Shown here: positions 1-11,327 of the stretch, piece by piece
How the letters are laid out: each line of letters begins with the position of its first letter
How positions within the stretch are numbered: the first letter of the stretch is position 1
Assembly: GCA_965153355.1 (NCBI GenBank)
Contig: OZ231126.1
Coordinates: forward strand, 14,942,001 to 15,006,000
Length of the DNA: 64,000 bases
Direction of reading: 5' to 3'
DNA from: Flaccisagitta enflata
Taxonomy: Eukaryota
Notes under the pieces: generated by a model
Database searches by the model: none
What the model was told of the DNA's origin: nothing
Seen by the model: the letters and a program-made list of their open reading frames with translations, nothing else
Position numbers and translations under genes: made by a program

Positions 1-530
1 CTTTTCCCTTCTCTACTTCTACTTCTTCTTTTTTTCTTTTTTCTTTTTTTTTTAATTCTTCTTTTTCCCCCTCTCCTTCTTCTCCTTCTCCTTCTTCTTC
101 TTTTTTTTCTCCTTGTTTTTCTTTTTTTTTCTTCTTTTTCTTCTTCTTTTTCCCATTCTTCTTATTCTTTTTCTTTTTCTTTTTGTTCTTCTCCTTCTTC
201 TTCTTCTTCCTCTCCTATTCTTTTTTTTTCTTCTTATTCGTTATCTTTTTTTCTTCTTCTTCTTCTTCTTCTTCTTCTTCTTCTTCTTCTTCTTCTTCTT
301 CTTCTTCTTCTTCTTCTTCCTCTTCCTCTCCAATTTTCTTTATCTTTGTTTTTTCCTCTTATTCGTTTTCTTGTTTTTTCTTCTTCTTCTTCTTCTTCTT
401 CTTCGTCTTCTCCTTCTTCTTCTTCTTCTTCTTCTTCTTCTTCTTCTTCTTCTTCTTCTTCTTCTTCTTCTTCTTCTTCTTCTTCTTCTTCTTCTTCTTC
501 TTCTTTTTTCTTCTTCGTCTTCTTCTTCAA
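1..530. repeat. (CTT)n / pyrimidine-rich low-complexity tract
   Basis: Long CTT trinucleotide runs read directly; they explain the poly-F/L/S/E/R ORFs in the track. Confidence 0.95.
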
Positions 531-962
531 CTCCTTCATCTTTTTTCTTTCGGTCAAAATTTTCAGCCGTCTTCCTCGACATCGCCTCTGGGAATCTAGC
601 CTTTGATGATGAGCCTCTTTTCCTCATTTTTTTTCCCTAAAAATCTTGTTATTCTCGCCTTTGGGGGTTTGCTGTTGGTCACCTCTGGCGAAGATGCCTT
701 TGGGGGTTTGCTGTTAGTAGCCCCTCGCGCTTGAGGCTTTAGGGGTTGTTTTATGCGTTGCCTCCTCGTTGGTCTGTCAGCGGCTCGAGGACTTTGAAAA
801 TGAGGAGGCTAAGGAAATGAGTCTTGTTAATTAGGACTAACGGAAAAGATGATCGCCTTGGGGCACGATGGAGATTTTTGCGTTTTTTTTTTCGCAAAAA
901 AAAAAACTAATCTTGGCAAAATAGGAATTATCAACAGCGGACCTGTTGTACGCGTTGCTGTA

Positions 963-1571
963 CTACCTAGGAAATAATTATAGCACCAACCGAGGGATAG
1001 TTCAATTTTTCATCCTAATATCACATGAAACATTCCGCCGATAGTATTTGTATTTCATATAACCTTTTACTTAACTGAATTATCCAATTTCATCACTGGG
1101 AGGCAATTTGTAAACCATTATTTACTTATAATCATACTGTTATTCCACTGCTTTTGATGGACAATTGTAGACTGATTATTTTAAAGATATGTTTGTACTT
1201 TTTTGCTTGTCATTTCTAAACGGATAAAGCTACAGCAACCAGATTGCGCTCATCTTGTAGATTTTTCGACATAGATTAATTTGCTTTTTTTAAAAACTCT
1301 CTAGCATTTCTGGAAGCCGAGATAATCTAATTTGGAGGTGTCTCTAATTTACCCTCATTCATACTTGATCAATTATTTTGCAAATTCCAAAATGGCTGTT
1401 TTTACTCTTTTTGTTATCATTTTTTAACGAAAAAAGGTACAGATACCAGATTGCACTCATCTTGAAGATTTTTTGATGTAGAATAATTTCTTTTTTTTAA
1501 AAAGTATCTAGCTTTTCTTGAAGCAGAGATATTTTAAGTTGAAGTTGGTGCTATATTTATTTCCTAGGTAG
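963..1571. mobile_element. MITE, Tc1/mariner-type, with TA target duplication
   Basis: TIR ctacctaggaaataa...ttatttcctaggtag flanked by TA (961-962, 1572-1573); internal ~205-bp diverged tandem duplication; no ORF. Confidence 0.85.
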
Positions 1572-1848
1572 TATGACTCTGTCCCTTCATGTTGACGAAT
1601 AGAATAAACCTCATACGAGAGCGTGAAGCACTTGCATGATATGCTTTCACTAGGGCTATGTTTGACGTGAAGTATGCTTGTTGAATCAGTATCATTTCAT
1701 TTTTCACGATGGTCTTTGATATTTTGGCGGTATCATCTTTATCTCCACGCTAAATTACCTTCTTGCGCACCCCATTACATCAAGTTTTCTCTCTAAACGA
1801 TTGTTTGACGGAACGTATCTTTGTGTGGCTGCAAAGCCTGGATATGTA

Positions 1849-2364
1849 CAGTAGATGTCGTCTAGACTTGGAAATACGGGGGAGCTCATAACCTCAGCAT
1901 CAGTACAGTGAGGGGACTGATATTTTGCTAGTGTAATGTATAGACCCTAAGGGGTTGACGATGGGGTATGGCATCCCCCTACGGCTTACCTTACAAAAAA
2001 AACTTTTAGTATAAAATGTTAGGATCAACCACTTTTATGGCAGAATTTCAGCTTCATCTATTTGCTTTAATTGCAAAACCAGCCTGGGATTCGAACCTGG
2101 AACTTTTAAACAAATAAATTGAACAGAGTTGGATTTAAACGTACAGTCAAGTGAGTTAACTACTAGACCAATTCTTGCAGCTGTTTGAGCAGAGCAAATT
2201 TGTTTTAGTATATTCAAAAGAATTTTTTATCCACAGAGCTGCCATACCCCGTTGTCAACCCTATAGGACATAAGCATTATACAGACACAGTTTCATTTCA
2301 TTGGTGCAAATGGTAGTTAGGATATGAGGGCCCCCGTATTTCCAAGTCTAGACGACATCTACTG
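1849..2364. mobile_element. MITE, pogo/Tigger-like CAGT termini, TA target duplication
   Basis: 34-bp TIR cagtagatgtcgtctagacttggaaatacggggg with its reverse complement ending at 2364; TA on both sides; inner inverted repeat ~1951-1973 / 2240-2261. Confidence 0.9.
2073..2178 (-). pseudogene. degenerate tRNA-like sequence (Tyr-GTA-like, intron-containing) inside the MITE
   Basis: Minus strand: A-box-like TGGTCTAGTAG, CTTGA-CT-GTA anticodon-arm-like segment, ~35-nt AT-rich insert, perfect B-box GGTTCGAATCC; T-stem is mismatched. Confidence 0.45.
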
Positions 2365-2615
2365 TATTTGTGCTGTCTGCTGTGCTGACAACTCTTCATA
2401 TATTTTTTGTCAAATTGTAAATTATTCCTTTGATGTTATCTCGTAGATACAACTGCTTCAACTAAAACTGTTTTAGCTGCTGCATGAGCGCGGGTTTGGA
2501 AGCGAGTTAGTCAACGATTGTCACCTCTCCTAGCAGCCAGAGAAGCGTACAGGAGGATATTCACGATAGTAGGGGGGTGGGGCTATTTGGGACTAAACAT
2601 TTTTCAATTTGAAAA

Positions 2616-2820
2616 TTTTTAGTCGCGTGCACGCGACTCTACAACCCACTCTGTCCGTCCGTCGGTCCGTCCTTCCATTGGTCCGTAACACTTTGCTTTT
2701 TCGGCGTTTACGGGCAGTTTTTGCATTGCTGACCCTGCCCAAATGCTTGGTTAGCCTTTTCTTACACTGCCCCTGCCCACCCGCAAGCGACTGGGGTAGC
2801 CGTGTATACGGCCTTGTTTG
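2616..2820 (+). mobile_element. Helentron-associated (DINE-1/HINE-like) non-autonomous repeat, family A
   Basis: T-run, agtcgcgtgcacgcgact palindrome, (GTCC/GGTC)n, gcccctgcccacccg core, gccgtgtatacggc hairpin, ttgtt end. About 20 related copies occur in the window (e.g. 10013-10165, 11538-11680, 14518-14712, 20660-20880, 27280-27525, 29615-29763, 35535-35765, 46480-46605, 56995-57220, 60575-60790). Confidence 0.7.
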
Positions 2821-3279
2821 GATTAAATTGAAAATTCGGGACTGGTGTCAAAACATGATTAACACCTCTCACAAAATTAGGCGAACTGGGATCAGAACTT
2901 GTATATAATTGTGTTTCGAACTCCAAAACAGGAGTCCAGGTAAATGATAATTTCAAAATAGTATTCAATATTGGTGATGTGAAATAGTAATCAGCTATCC
3001 ACGTGCAGCAGTAGGTTGAGAAGGCTTGTATTACACTTGCAGAGTGTATTGAGTCCCTGGATCAACGCCACTGGTGTTTTGCGAGCTGAATTGACGATCC
3101 CTTGTTGCTGGCGGCGTGTAGAATTTCCTAGAAATGGCATGGAATCGAGGCGCGCGTTATCCTATCTTTGAATAGAACTACGCTGCTTAATATGAAGCCT
3201 CGACAATCAAGGCATTAAAATGAGGAAATACTCGACATACCTTCTAGACTCTCTGGTAATGTCGACGGTAACGTAACGA

Positions 3280-4139
3280 CTATTTGCCCTTGGCTTTGCC
3301 TTTGCCCTTGCACGGAGATGGAGAGCGGCTGCGAGAACGGCTGTGGAGTTACGGGCGAAAAAGTTATTTTTACATCGTAAATCCCCATAAGCTATCCTAA
3401 TTTTGGACCCAATTTTCAAAAAGCTTACCCTTTTGCAGCATGTCGAGCTGATCGACGTTGGGGCTTCTTGCTAGAGCAACTTTTTGAGCGCGCCCCGACT
3501 TTTGATGGCTTTTTCGCCTTGGATGCGCCCCTCGATCTGGATCTTCCACCGCATTTCGAAGAGCCGCGGGACTTGGATCGACCACCGCGGCCGCGGGACT
3601 TGGATCGACCACCCCTGCCGCGGGAATTGGATCTACGGCCGCGGGATTTGGATCGACGACCACCGCGGGACTTGCTCCGCGACTTGGACGCGGATGGAGT
3701 GGCTTTCTTGCACGCGGTCTTGCCCTTTGATCTCGAGCGTGAGCTGCAATTTTTATTTGTTTAAACAGCGATCAGCATTTATGAAGCTAAGCCGGAGGTT
3801 TCATGGTCTGACGCTGAGGTGCTGTTATCAGCTATTTTAGTGTTACCGAGCGTTTTGGTTGACGTTTTCTTCTTCGTTGTTTCCGTTGTTGTTGGCGTTG
3901 GGGTTATCATTTGCCTCTTCCATTTGGTCTCCGGCGTCTTCGTCACCAGCTTCTTCAACTAAAGCTTCCTCATCCTCAGCGACGTTTTCATCGTCGTCCA
4001 CAACCGCTGCTGCCTCTATGATCTGAAAGGAAAATTTTGAATTCGTGAGTCTGCAATCACTCTGATTTTCGCTGTCATTATGTCAAGTTTTGTTGGCGCT
4101 GAAAAAAAGAAAAAAAAATTGAAAAATTACCTCGGACAT
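3280..4139 (-). CDS. 186-aa protamine-like / sperm nuclear basic protein-like precursor with acidic N-terminal segment; exons 4131-4139, 3847-4022, 3429-3743, 3280-3340
   Basis: All introns are GT-AG and phase-consistent (0,2,2); 561 nt from ATG to TAG. Protein: MSEIIEAAAVVDDDENVAEDEEALVEEAGDEDAGDQMEE...NQNA-RSRSRSKGKTACKKATPSASKSRSKSRGGRRSKSRG...GRSRSRSPSPCKGKGKAKGK*. The functional label is inferred from composition. Confidence 0.8.
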
Positions 4140-4329
4140 GATTTCCTCTTGTTTCGTGTTCGGCGCGTTTTCGGTAAAGCGAAAATCTAACCTCTTGTTT
4201 ACAACATGAATCTGACCATGTCGTTTTTTTCTTTTTTTCAAGTTTCATCTGGTGGATAGTGACGTACATCGCCCTTTTTCTCTAACATCTTCTTGAGTTT
4301 TTCACCGTTTCTTTGTCTCTCTGCTTCTT

Positions 4330-4520
4330 TTTAGTTGCGGACACGCAACTCTATAAGAGGCTTTGTCCGTCCGTCCGTCCGTTGGTCGGTTGGTTGGTTG
4401 GTGGACACGAGTCGAAAAGTGAAGAAATGAGCGTTTTAGAACATTTTTAGTTGCGGACAGTTGCATTTCCGCCCCTGCCCACCCGTCCGCAACTGATGGC
4501 CGTGTATCCGGCCTTGTTTT
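4330..4520 (+). mobile_element. HINE-like family A copy
   Basis: agttgcggacacgcaact palindrome, (GTCC)n, ggccgtgtatccggcc hairpin, ttgtttt end. Confidence 0.7.
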
Positions 4521-4570
4521 TTTCTTGGCTCCATTATCCCCTTCTTACTTTCCGTTTCTTTTTCATCCAG

Positions 4571-4899
4571 GCGTGAAGCACGTGCTTGTGACGGTAAAGT
4601 GTTTGTTGATCTACCCGAACCCCGAGTCTGCTTTGAACGAAGACGCGGGTAAACTTTTACTGGAAGACTACGCCGATTTCAGCTCCCGTGCGAAGATGAT
4701 GACGGAAATCTACGCTCGTACACCTTCTTCGTCCTCTTCATGCACCTCCGGCAGTAGCGAAGCAGCTGAGTCGAGTAGCCGAGGGGGAGTAGGAAGCGGA
4801 GGGAAGAAGCACGCGGGTGATGCGAGCACGAACGGTCCGACCAACAGTGTCGTAGAGAAAAAGAAAAAACTACAGAAAAAATCACTAAAACGTTTGTGA
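4571..4899 (+). CDS. UBE2S: Ubiquitin-conjugating enzyme E2 S, last coding exon (upstream exons not found in window)
   Basis: Acceptor tttcatccag| then [48 protein letters not shown]...KKHAG...[12 protein letters not shown], matching the UBE2S UBC C-terminal half and its basic tail (human ...KKRALRRL). Confidence 0.93.
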
Positions 4900-4915
4900 A
4901 TTCGTCGACGATGAA

Positions 4916-5117
4916 GCAAGGCCGGATACACGGCTACCCTAGTCGCGTGCGGGTAGGCAGGGCAGTGATGAAACTGACCAACTAGACAGTTGGGCAGGAG
5001 CAGTAACCCCTAAACTGCCCATAAACGCGGAAAAAAAGCAAAGTGTAATGGACGGACGGACCGACCGACCGACAGACGGACAGAGCGGGTTGTAGAGTCG
5101 CGTGGACGCGACTAAAA
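4916..5117 (-). mobile_element. HINE-like family A copy directly after the UBE2S stop codon
   Basis: Reverse-orientation copy: caaggccggatacacggc ... (GGAC)n ... agtcgcgtggacgcgactaaaaa. Confidence 0.7.
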
Positions 5118-5769
5118 ATTTATCCATTACATCTGGAGACATTCTTTGGCATCATCACTTTATTAACATTCATGCTAGCATTTTCACGTACGTCATTCGT
5201 AGTACGCCATTCTTGCGCCACACTTGCGAAAACATTACGGGGATTTGCCTCGTGAAAATTGGATGAAATTGCAACTGATTTTCAAAATTGTAATGAGCGA
5301 AGTTTCAGGGAAGATGCGAGAGAGAGAGATAAAAGAGACTGATGAGCCTGGACCAGAAGAGGCGCAACAGGATGTGTCCTTTGAGCCTCGGCGTTTCTAT
5401 TCTCACTGGTGCCACGCCTCTGCTGCTGCCGCTGTCGCTGCCCGTTACGCAGCGCCACTTGTGGCTCACGCACTCGCACACACACACATACACATACACA
5501 CATAAACAGCGCTGCAGTGGATTAAAATAGCGGGCTTTTAACCGACGCCGCTTCAGCTGTTTCTGTAGCTGCCCCTGCTGCAGGCTGCGTCCGTGATCTA
5601 GAATATGTATCTGTGAGCTCATGAGCGCCACTGGGTAACGATCTTCTTCTCCTGCCGCAGAAGTGACAACATGCAACAGTTTGATTCCCGCGTGCCAAGG
5701 GTGGGTTGTGTGCGTGCGTGCGTGCGTGTGTAAGCGCGCGCTTGTGCGTGAATGTGACGTTTTCTGAAT

Positions 5770-6060
<291 letters not shown>

Positions 6061-6474
6061 AGCGCCAGATTCACAGCAAGCGAAAGACACAGAAGTACAG
6101 ACAGGCCGACATACAATGACATGCATGCTGCCTGAGAAGTAGAGAAAAAGACGTTCAGTAGGGCGGACATATATATATACAAAAAATACGGCGCCTAATA
6201 TAAAGAGTCGGGCGCTTATCATCTACACTGGGTTCCAAGAGGATATCACGTAATTCCTCTTGACGGTGATTGGAGAAGAGCGAAAGGAAATGAAGCCACC
6301 TCATTGGTCCAAATAGTGTCGAGGGAAGGGGGGTTGAGAGGATTTTTAGAGTGAAGAGAGGGGGAGGGGGAGGAGGGGGGTGATTTCGAGCTGGAGATAG
6401 GGGGTGAAAAGTTGGCACGCGAAATCGCGAAAATTCAGGTCATGTGATTTCGTGACAGCCCCGGAGCTGCATGG

Positions 6475-6551
<77 letters not shown>

Positions 6552-7472
6552 CATTGCATCCCGCAATTGGACGTGCAATATTAGGAATGACATCAATTTT
6601 TTTTTCTTATCTTGCAAATTACTCACTTTGTTTTTTCTCGCTCTTTCACTAGATCATTCATTCCTTGCATTCTACTTTGAAACATTTTTTTCTTCCTCCC
6701 TTTCATTTATTTTGTCATCCATTCTCACATTAGTTTGTTCGTTCATGGAAGGCATCCTCATCAATCAGGGGAACAGATTAAAAACAAAATGAAACATACG
6801 GCTCTTGTCCTTATTTCAGATGTTGTTGAGTAGTAATGTTGTCCAACTATCATAACCTTTGACATTTAAATCCGTCGATGTCTATCTTATTGGAATCGAA
6901 GGAGCCAAGGAGTCTCGCTTTGAAACGCGTAACAAACCCAATACGCGAAGAGACAGTGACAATAAAGACGACGACGACGAAGACGACGACGGTGATGATG
7001 ACGATAATGACGACGACGATGAAGACGTTAGAGACTAGAAGCGAATGCAATGGCACGATTCTGTTTGATTGCTGCGCAAATGCAAAAACGAAAACTTGAT
7101 GAATAGTCCCTCTGATGATATATTGTTGCATTGTCGCAACAGTTGAAAACCTTGGACATGCAATGAAAAATGCTGAGGGATTCCGAGGACGATTTATCAA
7201 TGATTCTACGTCCAAGTCAATTTATGGCTTTAGGCGAGGTAACAATCTATGAAGGTCCGAGCAAATCTTGTTGTTGACATTTTTATTATAAATAGGATAA
7301 ATGAAATTTTCAATCTCGATATCATGAAACAGTTGTTGCACCACTCCAATGCGTCAAACACATACAATCAGCAGAAACAACTGCAACAACAATAAATGAC
7401 AATAACTGCAACTGTAACTGCAACTGCAACAACAACAACAACAACAACCGACAACATCAACAACAACAACAA

Positions 7473-7556
<84 letters not shown>

Positions 7557-7562
7557 CGAAAC

Positions 7563-7656
<94 letters not shown>

Positions 7657-8821
7657 CGTCTTTGTCTCTCATTTCCTCCGGGAATCTTTATTCCGGAATC
7701 CAGTGGACACGCGCGATTTGATTTTGAGCAATACCAAAGATCGAGAGCCACATGAAACATCGGCATACGCACGCGCACGCTCACACGCAAACGCACGCAC
7801 GCGCGCCTCCATGCGCCAAATATCGCGTACATCATTTTTCAACCATCAATGTCCAATCGGATGTGCATGTTGACCTTTGTTCGCGCATGTTAAAGCTCGT
7901 TAGTAGTTGGACATTCATGCAAAATTGAATTCATCGAGTCCATGCATCGATTGATACCATTCAAAATACATCGCGATGGCTACAACTTGTTTCTGATGGT
8001 TGATCTTTGGATGCGCGGTTTTACGGGATTGACGACACACAGTACACAAATCTAGCTTTAGTTCGTGATCACATGAAGGACGCTAGCAGAAGGACTGATA
8101 GAGATAGTCTTGCATGGAATTATTGAAGAAGGGAATGATACTAGGACAACGCAAAGGTTACAATGGGACCTAACTTGTTTAGAAATATTGGTTTTGGAGT
8201 TTGATGTTACCTAAAAACATTTATACTTTCATACCAAATCCTACCCTCATCTCTATGAACAAACTCACCTCCAAACCTAATCTCAACATGCAACACTTAC
8301 CCTATTTTTCACCATATCCCTATATCTAACCCAACTCTACCTCTAAACCAAAACCAAACTCTTACCCTTAACTCAAACCTATCTTTTAACTAAATCCAAG
8401 ACTGAACAGTTAACTCAGCCCCTTTATAACACAACGCTGAACCATACTCCAAACAAGCTCTTGCATTGAACTATTGAACTACGCAAAACATGACATTGAA
8501 TGTTATCAGGATTAAAGGCAGTTTTCATCCTATTACTATTGATCTACGTAAAATATGACATTGAATGTAATCAGGATTACAGGCAGTTTTAATTCTGTTG
8601 TTTTCGCCTTTGCTCCATCAACAATCAAAGTCGGCGCATCGAGTGCCGATGCGACGTTCACGTTCGTATTCACGCGGTCATAAACTCGATCTTAACAGCA
8701 TCATTCTGGATGCTATTGGGTGGATGTGATTTTTGTAGACGATTCTGATTGGAGTCTTTCTTTCTTTCTCCCTCTTGGCAGTCTATCCGAGTAGTCATCC
8801 TTCAAAAATGAATCTCATATT

Positions 8822-8918
<97 letters not shown>

Positions 8919-9197
8919 ACTGTTTCAACCCGTGACCGCGTAGTGGAACGGGGTGATTCCATTTGCCTGCCGGCGTTGTATCAGTGACAAAGAAGAAATA
9001 AGCGACAGATGGATTGTCACAAAGAGGGATGGGTTGAGGAGGAAGAGGAGGAGGAGGAAGAGGAAGAGGTGGATGGACTAAGAAGGATTAACAGGTCTCT
9101 TGAAACAAAAATGATCCGATGATCCTAACTATGACTTTTAGTGGCTCAACCATTTTGTTTTTTAGATTTGTACTTGTGTATTTCACATTCGAATTTG

Positions 9198-9290
<93 letters not shown>

Positions 9291-9324
9291 TGTGTGTGTG
9301 TGTCTGTGTGTGTGTGTGTGTGTT

Positions 9325-9355
<31 letters not shown>

Positions 9356-9368
9356 CTCTCTCTCTCTC

Positions 9369-9420
<52 letters not shown>

Positions 9421-9812
9421 GTATAGTAGACAAGAATGTTTCATGCGTCGCCAACTTCTTTGTCTGGTCAGAGACTCTTGAGTCAAGAGTCTTTCTCTGT
9501 CCGATCTCATGAGTCATTGAGTCATGCATTTCGTGCACCATAAATCGCAAAAAATGTGCGCAAAAATCTCTGCGAACATCAAAAAAGATGGGTCAACACC
9601 TTACTTTTCTTTGTTTCATTCTCCTTCTCCTCTTCCGAATTTCTTCCTCCTCCCCCCTCCCTTCTCTCGCTTCCTGCGCTTCCTGTGCCCAGTTGCTGCC
9701 AATGTTTTTTTCTTTTATTATCTTATCTCTTTTCTTTTTTGCATTCTATGTTTTGAAATCAAAATAGAGGCGTTGTCATGACGATCGGGGGCGCGGGTGT
9801 CAAAATGATGAT

Positions 9813-9843
<31 letters not shown>

Positions 9844-10200
9844 AAGAAGAGGAAGAGGAGATGGAGTGGACTCTGATGTCTGACCAGCGAAGCGCATCCC
9901 GGGACTTAGGAGGAAGAAGGAAGGATGAGTGGGAAGAATGCCGAGATTATGATGGTGATGAGTTGAAACAACGGAGGAGGAGCTGGAGAGAAAGAAAAGA
10001 AAAAGAAAAAGAACAAGGCCGGATACACGGCCACCAGTTGCGGACGGGTGGGCAGGGGCGGAAATGCGCGTTTTCTCACTTTTCAACTGATGCATGACGG
10101 ACCGACCAACCGACCGACCGATGGACCGACAATGCCTCTTTTAGAGTTGCGTGTCCGCAACTAAAAAGAAAAAGAAAAAGAAAAAGAAAAAGAAAAAGAA

Positions 10201-10726
10201 CTAGTCATCCAAGGATCGCACATGGTCAGCGGTACCCGATGCCCTGCTGAGTGATCCAGTGTAGAAGTCGAGTAAGAGCAGGGCAGCGGCCCCAAAGGGC
10301 CGATGTCCTGTAGAACACAGGGGGGAATTTCGAGACGTCCGTCTGTCCTGAGGGGCTCTAGATGGCTGATTTATGCCTCTGAAGGCATATCTGAGGGTTG
10401 GAGAGCATAATTAAGGCTTGGAGAGCAGATTTGAGGTTTGGCGGGCTGGTTTTAAGCTTGGAGGGCTAATTGAAGGTCTGGAGGGCAGATTTGAGGTCTG
10501 GTAGGCAGATTTAGGGCATGGGAGGGGGCTGATTTGAAGCCAAGAGGGCTGATTTTAGGCCTGGAGGGCTAAATTGAGTCCTGGGAGGGCTAATTTGAGG
10601 CCTTGATGGTCAACGGGGGGGGGACGGAAGGACGGAAGGACGGAAGGACAAAAGGACGGACGGACGTCTCAAAATTCCCCCCTGTGTTCTACAGGACATC
10701 GGCCCTTTGGGGCCGCTGCCCAAAAA
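10201..10726. mobile_element. HINE-like family B repeat with inverted core and internal ~21-bp tandem array
   Basis: gggcagcggccccaaagggccgatgtcctgtagaacacaggggg ... cctgtgttctacaggacatcggccctttggggccgctgccc flanking degenerate gagggcagatttgaggcct units; relatives at ~16560-17175, 17548-17958, 32300-34540, 57500-59475. Confidence 0.65.
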
Positions 10727-10764
10727 GAAGAGAAAAAGAAACGGAAAAAGATAAATATGAAGTA

Positions 10765-11327
10765 CAGTAGATCTCGTCTAGACTTGAGATAACGGTGGCA
10801 AGCATTATAGAAGAACAAATAAAGCTAAGGGGCTGATATTTGAAAAATAAACTAATAAAAGAATGATTTATTCCCCATGATACTTGGTTGCCATGGAAAC
10901 ACATTTCCATGTATTCTCGCTAAAATATCAATATTTTGAGAGATTTTTTGAGGGAACATTGCTTAAAATCAAATTTGCTATAACTTTCCCACAGTATGTT
11001 CTGTAAGAATATGGCTCGTTTGGCCGTTGCTAGGGAGCGTATCCATGTGTGACAACCCCTAGCAACCGCTAAACGAGCGACATTCTTACAGAACATACTG
11101 TGGGAAAGTTGTAGCAAATTTAATTTCAAGCAATGTTCCCTCAAAAAATTTCTCAAAATGTTGATATTTTAGCGTAAATACATAGAAATGCGTTTCCATG
11201 GCAACCAACTATAATGGGCAATAAAGCATCAATTTATTAGTCTATGTTCCAAATATCAGTCCCCTGGCTTCAATTGTTTTCCTACAATGCTTGCCCCCGT
11301 TATCTCAAGTCTTGACGAGATCTAGTG
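10765..11327. mobile_element. Fully palindromic (~560 bp) foldback MITE, TA target duplication
   Basis: Termini cagtagatctcgtctagacttgagataacgg / ccgttatctcaagtcttgacgagatctagtg, related to the TIR of 1849-2364; the arms remain complementary to a centre near 11045. Confidence 0.9.

Noticed and set aside
113-640. Poly-F/L/S/E/R ORFs, and similar ER/SL/CV/HT/Q/N ORFs across the window
   Set aside because: Translations of microsatellites with no splice-consistent or domain support.
596-792. Minus-strand basic exon-like frame PRAADRPTRRQ...TNSKPPKA x2...KG*
   Set aside because: It has an acceptor-like aag and an internal duplication, but I could not link it to an upstream coding exon; left uncalled.
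3468-3764. Plus-strand RDLD-repeat ORF
   Set aside because: Antisense shadow of the RS-rich exon on the minus strand.
6856-7037. Poly-Asp open frame on the plus strand
   Set aside because: Mostly a GAC/GAT trinucleotide tract with no start codon or acceptor.
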